Shown here piece after piece: positions 1-16,935 of a DNA stretch of 64,000 bases; position 1 is the stretch's first letter; every line of letters begins with the position of its first letter. The translations under genes and the position numbers were made by a program. The notes under the pieces are model-generated. The model saw nothing but the letters and a program-made list of their open reading frames with translations, searched no databases and was not told the origin of the DNA. Source of the stretch: the human T2T-CHM13v2.0 reference genome, Homo sapiens; NCBI RefSeq assembly GCF_009914755.1, contig NC_060947.1; one strand, given 5' to 3'.

Positions 1-972
1 TTAGCTCCCACTTATAAGTGGGAAGATGCGGTATTTGGTTTTCTGTTCCTGCATTAGTTTGCTAAGGATAATGGCCTCCCCATCCAACCACGTTCCTGCA
101 AAGGACCTAATCTCATTCTTTTTATGGCTGCATAATATTCCATAGTGTATATGTACCACATTTTCTTTATCCAGTCTACCATTGATGGGCATTTAGGTTG
201 ATTCCATGTCTTTGCTATTGTGAATAGTGCTGCAATGAACATACACGTGCACGTGTCTTGATAATAGAATGATTTATATTCCTTTGGGTATATGCCCAGT
301 AATGAGATTGCTGGGCTGAATGGTACTTCTGTCTTTAGGTCTTCGAGGAATCACCACATTGTCTTCCACAATGGTTGAACTAATTTACACTCTCACCAAC
401 AGTGTATAAGTGTTCCTTTTTCTCTGCAACCTCGCCAGTATCCATTATTCTTTTACTTTGTAGTAATAGCCATTCTGACTGGCGTGAGATGGTATCTCAT
501 TGTGGTTTTGATTTGCATTTCTCTAATGGTCAGTGACGTTGAGCTTTCTTTCATGGGATTGTTGGCCGCATGTATGTCTTCTTTTGAAAAGTGTCTGTTC
601 ATGTCCTTTGCCCACTTTTTAATGGGGTTGTTTGGTATTTTTCTTGTGGAACTTGTTTAAGTTCCTTATAGATGCTGGATATTAGATCTTTGTCAGATCC
701 ACAGTTTGCAAAAATTTTCTCCCATTCTGTAGGTTTTCTGTTCACTCTGTTGACAGTTTCCTTTAGTGTGTAGAAGCTTGCTCTTTAGCTTAATTAGACC
801 CCATTTGTCAATTTTTGCTTTTGTTGTAATTGCTCTTGGTGTCTTCGTCATGAAATCGTTGCTCGTTCCTGTGTCCAGAATATGATTGCCTAAGTTGTCT
901 TCCATGGTTTTTATATTTTGGGGTTTTAATTTAAGTCTTTAATCCATGTTGAGTTAATTGTTGTATACGGTA

Positions 973-1336
973 TGATATACTTTGGCTGTGTCCCCACCCA
1001 AATCTCCTCTTGAGCTGTAGCTCCCATGATCCCCACGTGTTGTGGGAGGGATCCGGTGGGAGGTAATTGAATCATGGGGACGGATTTTTCCCGTGCTGTC
1101 CTCGTGATAGCGAATAAGTCTCATGAGTTCTCATGGTTTTATAAAGGGCAGTTCCCCTGCACATGCTGTCTTTTCTGCCGCCATGGAACACACACCTCTG
1201 CTCTTCCTTCGCCTTCTGCCACGATTGTGAGGCCTCCCAAGGCATGTGGAACTGTGAGTCCATTAAACTTCTTTACTTTATAAATTACCCAGTCTCGGGT
1301 ATGTCTTTATTAGCAGCAAGAGAACAGACCAGTACC
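973..1336 (+). mobile_element. THE1B-like solo LTR (MaLR)
   Basis: Starts TGATATACTTTGGCTGTGTCCCCACCCAAATCTC and ends CCAGTCTCGGGTATGTCTTTATTAGCAGC...AGTAC; it splits contiguous L1 ORF2, and a 5-bp TSD (TGGTG) is clear in the right-arm copy. Confidence 0.9.
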
Positions 1337-1900
1337 TGGTGTAAGAAAGGGATCCAGTTGCAGTCTTCCATGTATGGCTAGCCAGTTATCTCAGCACCCT
1401 TTGCCGAACAGAGAATACCTTCCCCATTGCTTGCTTTTGTCAGGTCTGTCAAATATCAGAGAGTTGTAGGTGTGCGGCTTTATTTCTGGGCTCTCTATTC
1501 TGTTCCATTGGACTCCGTGTCTGCTTTTGTACCAGTACCATGCTGTTTTGGTTATTGTGGGCCCGTGGTATATTTTGAAGTCGGGTAGCGTGATGCCTCC
1601 AGCTTTGTTCTTTTTCGCTTAGGATTGCCTTGGCCACTCAGGCTCTTTTTCAGTTCCATATGAATTTTAAAATAGTTTTTCTAGTTCTGTGAAGAATGCC
1701 AATGATAACTTACTAGGAATCACATTGAATCTGCAAATTGCTTTGGGCAGTATGGCCAGTTTAATTATATTGATCTTCCTATCCATGAGCATGAATGTTT
1801 TTCCATTTGCTTGTGACATGTCTGATTTCCTTGAGCAGTGTTTTGTAGTTCTTCTTGCAGAGATCTTTCACCTCCCTGGTGTGGTGTATTCCCAGGTATC

Positions 1901-1901
<1 letters not shown>

Positions 1902-1943
<42 letters not shown>
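1902..1943. repeat. (TG)n microsatellite, expanded only in left arm
   Basis: ~21 TG units; the paralogous site near 25738 has only ACACACAC. Confidence 0.9.
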
Positions 1944-1944
<1 letters not shown>

Positions 1945-2155
1945 CAATTATGAATGGGACTGTGTTCCTGATTTGGCTCTCTGCTTGACTGTTGTTGGCA
2001 TATAGGAATGTTAGTGATTGTTCCCATTGATTTGGTATCCTGAGACTTTGCTGAAGTTGTTTATCAGCTTAAGGAGCTTTGGGGCTGAGACTGTGGGGTT
2101 TTCTAGATTTAGGAACATGTCGTCTGCAGGCATACTGTAGTATTAAAAGAATGTA

Positions 2156-2299
2156 GGCCGGGCGCGGTGGCTCACGCCTGTAATCCCAGCTCTCAGGGAG
2201 GCAAGAGGCGGGAGGATAGCTTGAGCCCAGGAGTTCGAGACCTGCCTGGGCAATATAGCGAGACCCCGTTCTCCAGAAAAAGGAAAAAAAAAAAAAAGA
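2156..2299 (+). pseudogene. BC200 (BCYRN1) RNA retrocopy lacking the 3' unique domain
   Basis: BC200-diagnostic monomer ...CCCAGCTCTCAGGGAGGC..GAGGCGGGAGGATAGCTTGAGCCCAGG...GACCTGCCTGGGCAATATAGCGAGACCCCGTTCTCCAGAAAAAGGAAAA; TSD TAAAAGAATGTA at 2144-2155 and 2300-2311; empty site in the right arm at 25525-25536. Confidence 0.9.
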
Positions 2300-4341
2300 T
2301 AAAAGAATGTAGTATAGGACGTGGGACCAAAAATCATAGAGAAAACTGAGGAAAGAATGATCACAAAAGTAAATGTGTTGGTTTCCTCTTGAAGGAGGAA
2401 TGAGGCTGAGATCAGGCAGAGACACCCCAGGAGCTTTGGGGAATGCTGGCGGTGTTCTCCTCTGTGACATGGGGGTGTTTCTGTAGAGATGCCCTTGATA
2501 ATCACTATTAAACAACACACACATATTGTGAACTTCTCTCTATGTATGTTACATTTCAACATAAAGAGGGTCGAAATTGCTAATAACAAATAACACGCAT
2601 TTGTAGTTAAACACTTCTCACAATCCACAGACCTGGAAATGACTGATTAGTTTTCTGTATGTGTAGTTTTCCAGTTTTAAGAATGTTCTACAAATGGAAT
2701 CATACATTATGTAGAGTTTCATATTTGGTGTCTTTAGCACAATGAAATACATATAAGACCTCTAGAACTGCAATGTACTCTTTCTTGACCTCAGTACTCA
2801 ATACGTGTTTTCCTCACTTCTCAACAGTTCATTCACAGTCGATTGGTTTTCTAAACTTGTATATATGTGTAGTATGCTTTATAAATATCATATGATAGTT
2901 AACTTTATGTAATTTGTTATATCTTGGTAATGGACTTTTCTTAAAAATGGACAGTATCCCTAAGAATACCCCGTACATTTCCATTGCAAAAAAAAAAAAA
3001 AAAAAAAAAGGTATTCCATCATGTGAGTATACCACAATTAACTGATATAAACTATGAAGGTAAAAATTTGCGTTGCTGCCCCTTAATGTTGTTGCCTTAA
3101 TTTCTTTTTCTCAGGTCCTAAGTCGTCTGCCCCTGAGAATAAGTGGATGGGGAGGTGACAAATCTCCCGTGAGAAAAATGTACCAAGTGCATGGTGTTCC
3201 AACACATAATCACAAATTCTGAATGAAAACTTGCCACCCAAATATAAAATATTTACCAAAACATCGAAATTAATATCACAATTATGTAAGCATCGTTCCT
3301 ACGATGTTTGGTGAAATCTATGAGAATTTGAAATCAAGCTATCACTATCAATAAACTGATATTAGTACTCGCAAGGAGATCTGCTATAAATAGAGAAAAT
3401 AAAATTTTGGTTATCCTTCTGGTTATAAAATACTTACCTGTTTAATGCAGTGTTACTTCCCTTAGCACTATTGTTTTGTCTGCTTATGGTGGCAGGCAAC
3501 GTACAGAAAGAAAACATCACAGTTTATGTGCATAGTTTAATAAATGATTGTCCAGTGCACCTGCACAGGAACGCTCCCCTAGGTCCCAGAGAAGAACACC
3601 GCCAGCATTCCCCAGAGCCTCCTGGGGTGTCCCTGCCTGAGCTCAGCCCCACTCCTACTGCAAGGGGAAACCAACATCCTGACTTTTCTGATTGTCCTTT
3701 CCTTGCTCTTCTCTGTGGTTTTATATCCTAAGTATGCATTCTTCAACAAGGTAGGTTAGTGTTGCCTGTCATTTGAAGTTATAGGAATGGAATCATTAAG
3801 CATGTCCGTGTTGTCCCTTGCTTCTTTCCCTCGATGTTATCTTTGTAAGATTCGCGCCTATTATTCCATGGAGGAGTACTTTGTACTTCGTACTTTTCCG
3901 TTGCTGAAATAGTATTCCATTGTATTAACATACCACAATGTATTCATTCCGTCCCATGAAAGTTGCGATTTTCATGGTTTCCCATATTTGGAACTGGATG
4001 ATCACAAAAATACTACTCATAAACCCTTGTCGGCACCAGTAAAGGAGTCCTGAGAGGGACGTGTAGGCTGCTAAAAGCACATATTTAAAAGAGGATCGCA
4101 GACAATTAACGAGAAAACGTTCAAAAAAGAAGCCCAACGTAAGACCAAGGAAAGTAGAAGGAGGTCATCAAGGTAAAAGGAGAAATCAGTGAAAGCGAAA
4201 ACAAGCATAAGGATCACAAAACCAGAAGCTGGGTGTTTGGAAGAGGAATGAAATTGGTAAAACTCTTGTGAGACTGGTCAAGAAAACAAGGGAGAAGGGC
4301 ACCGCTATCAGGAAAGAAAAGGGAGAAATAAGCACAAACGA

Positions 4342-4758
4342 TGTTACGTCCGTTCTCGTGTTGCTATATAGAAATATCCAAGACCGAGTCATTTATAAAG
4401 AGAAGAGCTCATGGTTCTGCAGGCTGTACGGGAAGGGAAGCATAGCGGCTTCTGCTTCTGGGAGGACTCAGGAAGCTTGCAATCACGGCGGAAGGTGAAA
4501 CAGAAGCAGGTACCTGTTACATGATAGGAGCAGGAGCAGGAGCAAGAAAGAGAAAGGAGAGGTGTCACACACTTTTAATCGACCAGACTCATGACAACTC
4601 ATTCGCAACCATGAGGACAGTACCAAGTGGATGCTGCTAAACCATTCCTGAGAAATCCAGCCCCATGATCCAGTCACCTCCGACCAGGCCCCACCTCCAA
4701 CATTAGAAGTCACAGTTGGACACGAGACTTGGTGGGGACACGGTTCCAAGCCATATCA
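4342..4758 (-). mobile_element. MST (MSTA/B-like) MaLR solo LTR
   Basis: Reverse complement begins TGATATGGCTTGG..GTCCCCACC and ends TATAGCAACACGAGAACGGAC-TAACA; mirrored at 23093-23502. Confidence 0.8.
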
Positions 4759-5166
4759 TATGCAGACATCCAAAAGATAGAAAGAGGATGTTGTGGGGGA
4801 ACTGGATATTCACACAGAGTGCCCATGCAGTAACAGCACATAGCTAATTAAATACAAAGAGAAGATGGCACCTTCACAATGGAGTAATCTGGAACAACGC
4901 CCTGGCCACATGGTCGGTCAAGATGAACATCGCCAGTCATGAGAGAAGCCTACATGGAGAATCTGCTGATGTCATGCACCGAGAAGGACGGCACGTCTGC
5001 TATGCAGTAGTCTTGCCAAAAATGTTAAACCTACCTGAATCTAATCACAAGGAAGCCACTCGACAAAGCCAAGTTCAAGGGCTTCCCGACAACAGCTGCA
5101 GTGATTTAAAGCACACTTTAAACATTGCTTTAAAGCACACTTTAAAGGACACTGAAGAGACTTGAT

Positions 5167-5456
5167 GGGCCGGGAACCATGGCTCACGCCTGTAATCCCA
5201 ACAGTTTGGGAGACCTAGGCGGGCGGATGGCTTGAGCTCAGGAGTTCCAGACGAGCCTGGGCAAGACGGTGAAACCCTGTCTCTACAAAAAATATGTTAA
5301 AAATTAGCCAGGCATGGTGGCACTCGCCTGTAGTCCAAGTTACTCAGGAGGCTGAGGCAGGAGGATGGCTTGAGCCTGGGAGGTCAAGGCTGCACTTAGC
5401 CAGGTTCACGACCCTGCAAGCCAGCCTGGGCGACAGAGGGAGACCCTGTCTCAAAA
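5167..5456 (+). mobile_element. AluJ-like element
   Basis: Dimeric Alu with diverged J-type features (GGCTTGAGCTCAGGAG, GGAGGATGGCTTGAGCCTGGGAGGTCAAGGCTGCA). Confidence 0.85.
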
Positions 5457-5939
5457 GAGACTTGACTACTAAATGCAAAGCATGATGTTTGGTTGGAAAG
5501 AAAATTTTGTTAGAAAGCAGCCATGAGGGATACTATGTGACCATGGGGACAATCGGAAAATGTTTCATGTGATCATACAGTAGAAAATTGTGTGGTCTCA
5601 ATGTTACATTTCCTGAGTGTCATGGTGGCATTAAGGTTTTGTGGGAGCCCATGCTTCCCTGTAGGCGATACATGCTGCAGTATTTACGGATGATGGATCT
5701 AAATGATTCCAATGGATCTCAAATGATTCCACAAAACAATAAAAAAAAAAAAATACACGCACACGCTCAGAAAAAGATGGGGGCGCGGCATGGAGGGAGG
5801 GATGAAGCAAATGTGAGAAAATGGTAACAACTGCAGGATCCAGTAGAAGAATATACGTATGGGTGCTCCTTTGGCTTTCTGTGCAACTCTTCTGTGACTT
5901 CCTAATTTTAACAAATGCAATCTGAGATGAAGGGGGATA

Positions 5940-6950
5940 TTATGGACCACTTTATTACAGTCAGTTTGAAAACAAAGAAAAAGGTAACCAGTCGCTAGGA
6001 AACAAAATCCACCAAAACTAACACAAGAAGGAACAGCCAACCTGAACCGTTCCAGAATCATTACAGAAAGATATGAGTAGTCAAAGGCTTTCCACTAATA
6101 AACTCTAGGATTCCCCACCACATTCTGAAAAACATCCTAGGAATACCTGTCTTCCGTTTGACACAAACTCGTGCAGAAAATTGAAAAGGAGGAACAATCC
6201 TCCACTCACTGTATGAGCTTGGCATAACCTCGATACCAAATCCTGCAGGGACACTTAGAGAAATATTGCAGATCAATCACAGGCTCATGACATAGAAGTA
6301 AAAACTGGAACCAGAATCTTAGCACACGGAAGCCTACAGGATATAAAAAGGAAAATACCTAATATGGCATGACTAATATTGGCTTCATCCCAGAAATACA
6401 AACTTAATTTCTCTTCAGAAAATACAATGGTATAATTCTCCACATTAACAGATTTGGAGAGAGAAGCATGCTCTTCATAGTCACAAAAGGTATTGACTAA
6501 ATGTCAATTTCCATTTGAGATGTATTGCTGACAATTTTTTTTTCTAAAAAGTCAGGACTATTGGGCTATAACTTACACAGAGGTCTGTGAGATCTCGTAA
6601 ATGCGTATGGCTGTAAAAACACCAGCACAATATATATAGATATAGAGCATCGCCATCCCCCGCCCCCCTCCCCCGCCAGGTTCCCTTACGTCCTCTTGTA
6701 CTGAACTCCTCGTCTTAACCCTCAGACCCTGGCAACCATCAATCTGTTTTGTGTTCCTAGAGTTTTGCCTTTTCCAGAATGTCACATAAATGGAATCACA
6801 CGGTACGTAGCATGTGCATTTGGCTTCCTTCAGAGAAAGACACTCGGACTGCGATTCCCTAAAGGTGCAATGTACAGTTTCATGACCTGGGTAATAGCTA
6901 CCTGGCTTGATCACCTTACAACTGTTTGTCAAATGGCCGGCTTCTGAGTT
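5940..6950. mobile_element. Ancient L1M fragments
   Basis: Degenerate ORF2-like CTCACTGTATGAGCTTGGCATAACCTCGATACCAAATCC and L1M 3'-end-like CCCTGGCAACCATCAATCTGTTT...CCTTTTCCAGAATGTCACATAAATGGAATCA. Confidence 0.6.
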
Positions 6951-9117
6951 CTCTCCGTGTGCGTGTGTGTGCGTGTATGTGAGACAGAGAGTGTATGGGT
7001 GTGTGCGTGCGTGGGGGGGTGTATTATGTTTCAAAAATGTAATTTTACATTTAACCGCCTCTAACTTTTATATCTTGATGATGGTTATTAAATGGCAATT
7101 ATTAATCCTTTAAGAGAAAGTGACTGATTGTTGGAAAAGTCAGTAGAGTCATTTCCTCTGTGGTGTGCAAAGTGGGAAGTAGTGATCAGGATGGGGCAAA
7201 CAGGAGGGTTCCAAAACCCTGCCAACCTTCTGTTCCTCGCTCTGCATGGTAGTGACCCGGACTTCAACAACTGCACAACCACATGGGCGCCGTTCACACT
7301 GGATCACGAGAACGGAGCACCCTGGAATCCCACAGATAGAGTTTGCACGGCCACCCTGGCGGCCACAGCCTCCGCGGCCATACCTGGCAAACACAAGTGT
7401 TGGCCTCATCCTTCGAGGAAACGCATGATGAGAAAATGTGTGGGGAAAAGGAGGAGTTCTTGGGGTGGAGGTTGAGGACAGATGTGCATGAGGTTGTCCG
7501 AGTTCACCCAGGAGTGTGTTCCAGGCGGGCTAAAGTTCATGGCTGGTACTCACCATGACCACTATGATCCTATGATTGCCATCTCACATCCCCGTGTGCG
7601 GTGCCCTGGGCCTCCGCCACAGCCTGGAAGGCCACCCTTGGGGACTCTGGCTGGCGGGCGTGCTAGGAGACTCACACACCTTCGGCCCTAGCTGGAGTCT
7701 GAAGAGGAGATGCTCTTTTCTGCCAACAAAGTAAGAGGTCTCATATGGAAATGTACCTGTGGCAGTCCTGGCACCAGGTGTAGGTGGGATTCTGCACAGG
7801 GCTCCGCCACTGTGGCAGGCACGCAGCTCACCAGACCTCTGGAGCTCATCTGAGCTGAGTGGCAGGACAAGGCAGGAGGGGGTCTAAGGCTCTCCAGGCC
7901 AGACCCCACATTCCTCTTGGTGGGAGAGGAGGCTTGAGGGAAAAGCAAAAGGGGGCCACTGAATGAGGGGAAGGGCTCAACCTCCTCCTGTCCAATGGGA
8001 CCCAGATGGATTCCTCTAATCCGAGGAGCCTCGGATTCTGCACTTACATCCCCTAGAACCAGAAGGCTCCGCCCGACCATGCGGTGTACCATGGGCCTAG
8101 GGTGTACATGTTATGGCCCCATTATTGTGCAGAAGGTGGTCTGAATATGGAACCGAGGTGGCGTGCTGGGAGGCGGGGCTGGCAAAAGCCAGCAACTGAG
8201 GGATGGGTTCACGCCTTCCAAGACTCCGTCCACGGGCTTCTCCCCTTCCACACCCTGTCGACCATGGCCCATGCCCCCCGGGGCAGTGACTGGGGCTGGA
8301 GTTCTGCCCCCACCAGAACCTGCCTAGATGTCTCCGGTGGCAAAAACCCAAGCTGGAGAGTCCCTGACACATGTCTTCCCCCAGACACCAGCCCACTGTG
8401 TTATCCCCCCAAGAAACAACCACCTGTGTCAGGGTCAAAGCCTTGGCCCAAGGAGTCAAGCCCATCCTCTCCGGTGAGGGGTTAGATTCGGATGGGGTAG
8501 GTCCCCACCAGCGTTGGTTTCCAGGTCTGAGGTCTGTGATTGACCCACCACGTGCGTGGTGGTCCCCCTCGCTGAGCTCACACCATGAGCCCAGCAGGGA
8601 GACACAGAGGGAGTATGGGGGAAGGCAGATACCGAGCCCAACCAGCTGTCCCAGGGCAGTCTCTCTTTCCCACTTTCCACCCTCTCTGTGCGTATCTTGC
8701 CCATGTGTTGGTTAGCGGGCATCGTGGTGCCCTCCCACGGGAGCTCCCCATTTCCTAGATGAGGCACCAACCAGCGACTCTGAGGTATTATCACTGCACC
8801 CACACACGGGAGTGCTGAGACATCCCATCCATCCTGTGGAGGATCAGGAGCCTACTGTGGCACCTCCAGCATTCTGAGAGCCCCGACACCCGTCCCTGTG
8901 TTTGGGGATGTCCCCTTCGTCCCACTCCACAGCCTTCTAGGTGTTAGACTTGAACAACACCTCTTGTGAAAGGGTAGATCCCAGCCCTGCTTTAGCGAAT
9001 TCGATCCTTCATGGATCCTTCACCACTGCTTCCACTCCATGAATCAGTCCATTCTCGCTCAAGGGACAGCACCCACGATTAATTTGATTCCCAAGCAGGT
9101 GCTAGCAGGGGCATGCT

Positions 9118-9141
9118 CACGCGTGCACATGTGCGCGCGCG

Positions 9142-9181
<40 letters not shown>
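9118..9181. repeat. Alternating purine-pyrimidine (GC)n(AC)n tract with Z-DNA potential
   Basis: CACGCGTGCACATGTGCGCGCGCGCGCGCGCGCACACACAC... Confidence 0.85.
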
Positions 9182-9183
<2 letters not shown>

Positions 9184-10489
9184 AACCTTGAATGGTATCT
9201 GCATTTCTATTGTTTTTGTCTGTTCGCAACACCCAGTCTCTTGGCAATGGGAGCTGGCAGAACCTACACACACCTCCTCACTGGAACCAGAATCTATGCC
9301 CGAATCTGGGGCCTGCCCAGCCCAGGATGCCGGCTGAAGGAACGAGGCGATCTCAACTGTCAGGGATGGTGAAGGCAGAAGAGAGAGCTCGAGGAAATCT
9401 CGTGTGACCTGGAGAGGCGGTCTGGAAGACTGACCAGGGACGCGAAAATATTATGTCCACAAAAACCTGCGGCCTTGGGGGTGGTGAAATGGTATTTCAC
9501 AGGGACTATCGAAGACCAGCCAGGCCTAGCATCCACACTTGCCCTGGAAAGCAGCTGGCCATTTTCAAATCAAGGGTATGGAGTCCACTGGCTGCAGAAG
9601 GGGCTGCTGGCCACCTATAGAACACCAAGGATATGGAAGCCACTTTCTGTGTAGGTGCCTGCGAACAGTTTCCACCAGGTTGGCCAACAGGCGCCAGAAC
9701 AGACTCGGTGCCCCCACCTCCAACCAACAGACTATCTTGCCCTTTTCTTCTGCACTCCATCTACCTTCCCTTTGACTTAGCCAGCCACCGGGGTGTGGCT
9801 TCTGCCTCCACAAGGCTACTGAAACTAAAGAGGGAGACCTAACGGGATTTGATAACTGAGGTTCAAAGGTGAGGGCTAAGACGAACTGAGGATGTCACGC
9901 AGGTTACTGGCCCAGATGACCTGACCGTGTGCATGGTGGCACCGGAGGGAAATAATGGCTCCAGAAAGAGGACTGAGCTCCGTCGTGTTCCTCAACAGCA
10001 CGGAAATAACCATGCAGGAACGGCCACCGGGGTCAAGCCACGGGGGAGAGCAAGGATGCTCATGATGGAAAGGACAGTGACAGGACAAACAGGGACAGTG
10101 AACTGCAGGAGGAAAGGTTGCTCAAAGGACCAGGGTGCTCAAAGGAGGCCATCAGTTCCTGCTGAAGGGGAGAGAGAATAGCACTGAAGAAGGGGACCTG
10201 TGAGACCCCAAAGTGGGAGGAGAAGAGGAGGGAGCATGAGCAGGGCGTGTACAGGAAAAGCAGGAAATGCTGCTGTGGCCGGGCAGGGCCTCCCACAGCA
10301 CCTAGACCCAGGGCACTATGGTGAGCCCGAGTGCAGGGCTGCTGCTCAGAGGCCCGCCCAGGCGCCCCGCAGGGAGATGGCCCACCACAGAGCGCCAGGG
10401 GAACTGTTCTTCCAGCGCCAGGGAACGGAGCAACACCCGGCACACCCCAACACTCCCAACAATCGCAGAGAGGGCAGACCACAGACCAC

Positions 10490-14509
<4,020 letters not shown>

Positions 14510-14950
14510 TAGAATGCCCGATGGGTGTCTTCCTCATAAGGGCACACGTTAAAGGGAGCACTTCTTGTGTGATGGCCATGCCTCTGGACGCTCTGCAGGG
14601 GTCCTGCCTCCGCCCGCAGAGAGGAGCTGGGGTGGAAGGCAGGGCTGGCAGCTGGTTTGGATCGGGTGATGCCTTAAAGTGTGGGCTGCAAAGCTGGGGC
14701 ATCTAGGCTCATCAACTTCCTGATTCCTCCTTCCCTAGCTGTTGCCCAACCCACCTGGCAGGCGGCCCCGGGCTATCTCAGTATCCCCAGTGTTTTCCCT
14801 GGCTGGCCTCTGCCTCCTGGCCTGAGGCTGACTGAGGGAGAAAGTGCTAATGAGATTAGGCTCAGGAGTCTCCACCTTACCACAACCCCTCCCCACGTGT
14901 ACTCACCGCCGGCCCCCATCGCCAGCCCGACTCAGAAGTTTCTGTTTTAG

Positions 14951-15247
<297 letters not shown>

Positions 15248-15586
15248 TGACTGGGCTGGCTTTAAGCCACATCGTCCTCTCTGAGTGGGGTTTGTGTGGT
15301 GGGGGGCGATTTGGAGCAGCGCCCCAAACTCCCAACTCTGGAAGGAGACTTTCGGCAGTACTGAGCCCTTTTCTGTTAAGTCCTGCTCAGCCACATGGGC
15401 CCTCCCAGGGCCTGGCTGTGGCTGCCGCACTGCTGGAGTCCAACCTGGAGTCACAATGCTAGGGGGCCACAGGTGCACATGAGCTTACACTGGGGAACAG
15501 TGAAGGCAGTCCCAGAGCGGGGTTGGAGTTGCTGGGCAGAGCAGGGGCAACGTGTACCAGCAGAGGGTGATGCTGCCTCACATTAG

Positions 15587-15766
<180 letters not shown>

Positions 15767-16009
15767 TAGATGGTGGGATCCGTGTCCAGGTTAAACTGAT
15801 TTCTGCGTCCGCCCCCTCCCTCCCCACCGCACTCCGCACATCTCCACCTTCTGCACCCCACGGAGAGAGGGTGCCTCGTTTCCATTGAGGGTTCCCTGCC
15901 AACCCACCTCGCCACTGGGCTGCAGGCTATGGGGGCTGCAGGGAGGCTGGGGAGAGAGGAGCACAGAATTGACCAACCATTTATCTTCCTCCGGTGTCCG
16001 CTGGTCTAG

Positions 16010-16055
16010 TGCATCTGGCTGCAGAGGGAAATTGAGGACCTTACACAGCAGCTAG
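16010..16055 (+). CDS. CXorf49: CXorf49-family coding exon 4 (46 nt)
   Basis: CTAG acceptor; CIWLQREIEDLTQQL; donor TAG|GTATGA; conserved in the left-arm copy. Confidence 0.85.
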
Positions 16056-16609
16056 GTATGAGGGAGCCCTGGCTGGGGCAGGGATGGACAGCGGTGTCTT
16101 TCTGCTGGTGTTGGGGGCGGTGGTGGGCTGCAGGTATGGGCAGCATCACTGGGACTGACTTTCCTCTGGGGAGGAGAATCAAGCAGACCTGGCCCTGGAG
16201 CCTTCTGTGCCTTTCCAGCTAGGGGTGTGCACAGACAGCAATGTGTCGTCTGAACTCCGTGTACACTTAGTCCACGAGTCCCAGAACTCTCCTTCTCTTA
16301 GGGCGGTTAGAGATACCACCTGTGTTTCCCCTTTAACTACTGCCTGGTACGACTTGTATGGTGTTTGCTTGCTGGCTGGCTTATCTGTCTTTGAAATACG
16401 TTCTGTACGGTACTGGGATGGCCCAGCACCTGAGAACCACTTTCCCGCTTAGAAGGCATTTCCACATTTAATTCAGGTGACGGGTGGGTGAGTCAGTCCC
16501 AGGGCTGGTGGGGTTTCTGGTTGCAGGGCTAGGTGGTTCCCCACCGGGGCAGGGCGTGGGTTTCTGTTTCCCTGGGTCTGGAGTGTCCATTTCTGCCTCT
16601 CTCTTTCAG

Positions 16610-16650
16610 CGGCCATGCAGTTCCTCACTGACAAGTTCCAGGACCTTTGA
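16610..16650 (+). CDS. CXorf49: CXorf49-family coding exon 5 with stop; total 514 aa
   Basis: CTCTCTTTCAG acceptor; AAMQFLTDKFQDL* (TGA 16648-16650); exon lengths 1224+157+77+46+41 = 1545 nt = 514 codons plus stop; donor GTGAGT at 16652. Confidence 0.87.
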
Positions 16651-16757
16651 AGTGAGTGTTGCACACACCATGCCCCTTTCCACAATCATGGTACCTTAGG
16701 AGGGCTGTGGGCTGGCCCTGGCTGAGGGCCCGTCCCTGAGCCTACTCTGTTTCACAG

Positions 16758-16935
16758 GTTGGAGCCAGCATCTTCCTACAAGATGAACAGCTGCCACCTT
16801 TGGAGCTCCGGAGCTGCAGCCAAGCGGGTTCCCTCCATATCCTGTTCAGCCAGGGCTTCCTCTCTTCCGCTGCATTTGCCCCCTTCCCAACGCAGTTCAA
16901 AGCAATTTGAAATAAAGTCGTTCTCATATTCTGTG
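16758..16935 (+). other. CXorf49: Non-coding last exon (3'UTR) with polyA signal
   Basis: TTTCACAG acceptor ending 16757; AATAAA at 16911-16916 followed by a GT-rich stretch; the 3' end is approximate. Confidence 0.75.

Larger units (their letters stand above)
1..2130 (-). mobile_element. LINE-1 3' portion (ORF2 C-terminus), older L1PA/L1PB-type, interrupted by a THE1 LTR
   Basis: Minus-strand ORF2 peptides [51 protein letters not shown] and [18 protein letters not shown], with many frameshifts. Confidence 0.9.

Noticed and set aside
3450-3731. 93-aa ORF with signal-peptide-like start, identical in both arms
   Set aside because: Non-ATG start, apparently within old repeat-derived sequence; identity is explained by a conversion tract that covers the non-coding flanks equally.
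8965-9025. tRNA-like sequence (TTCGATCC...CACCA)
   Set aside because: I could not build a cloverleaf or find an A-box, and the TTCGA is not kept in the third copy.
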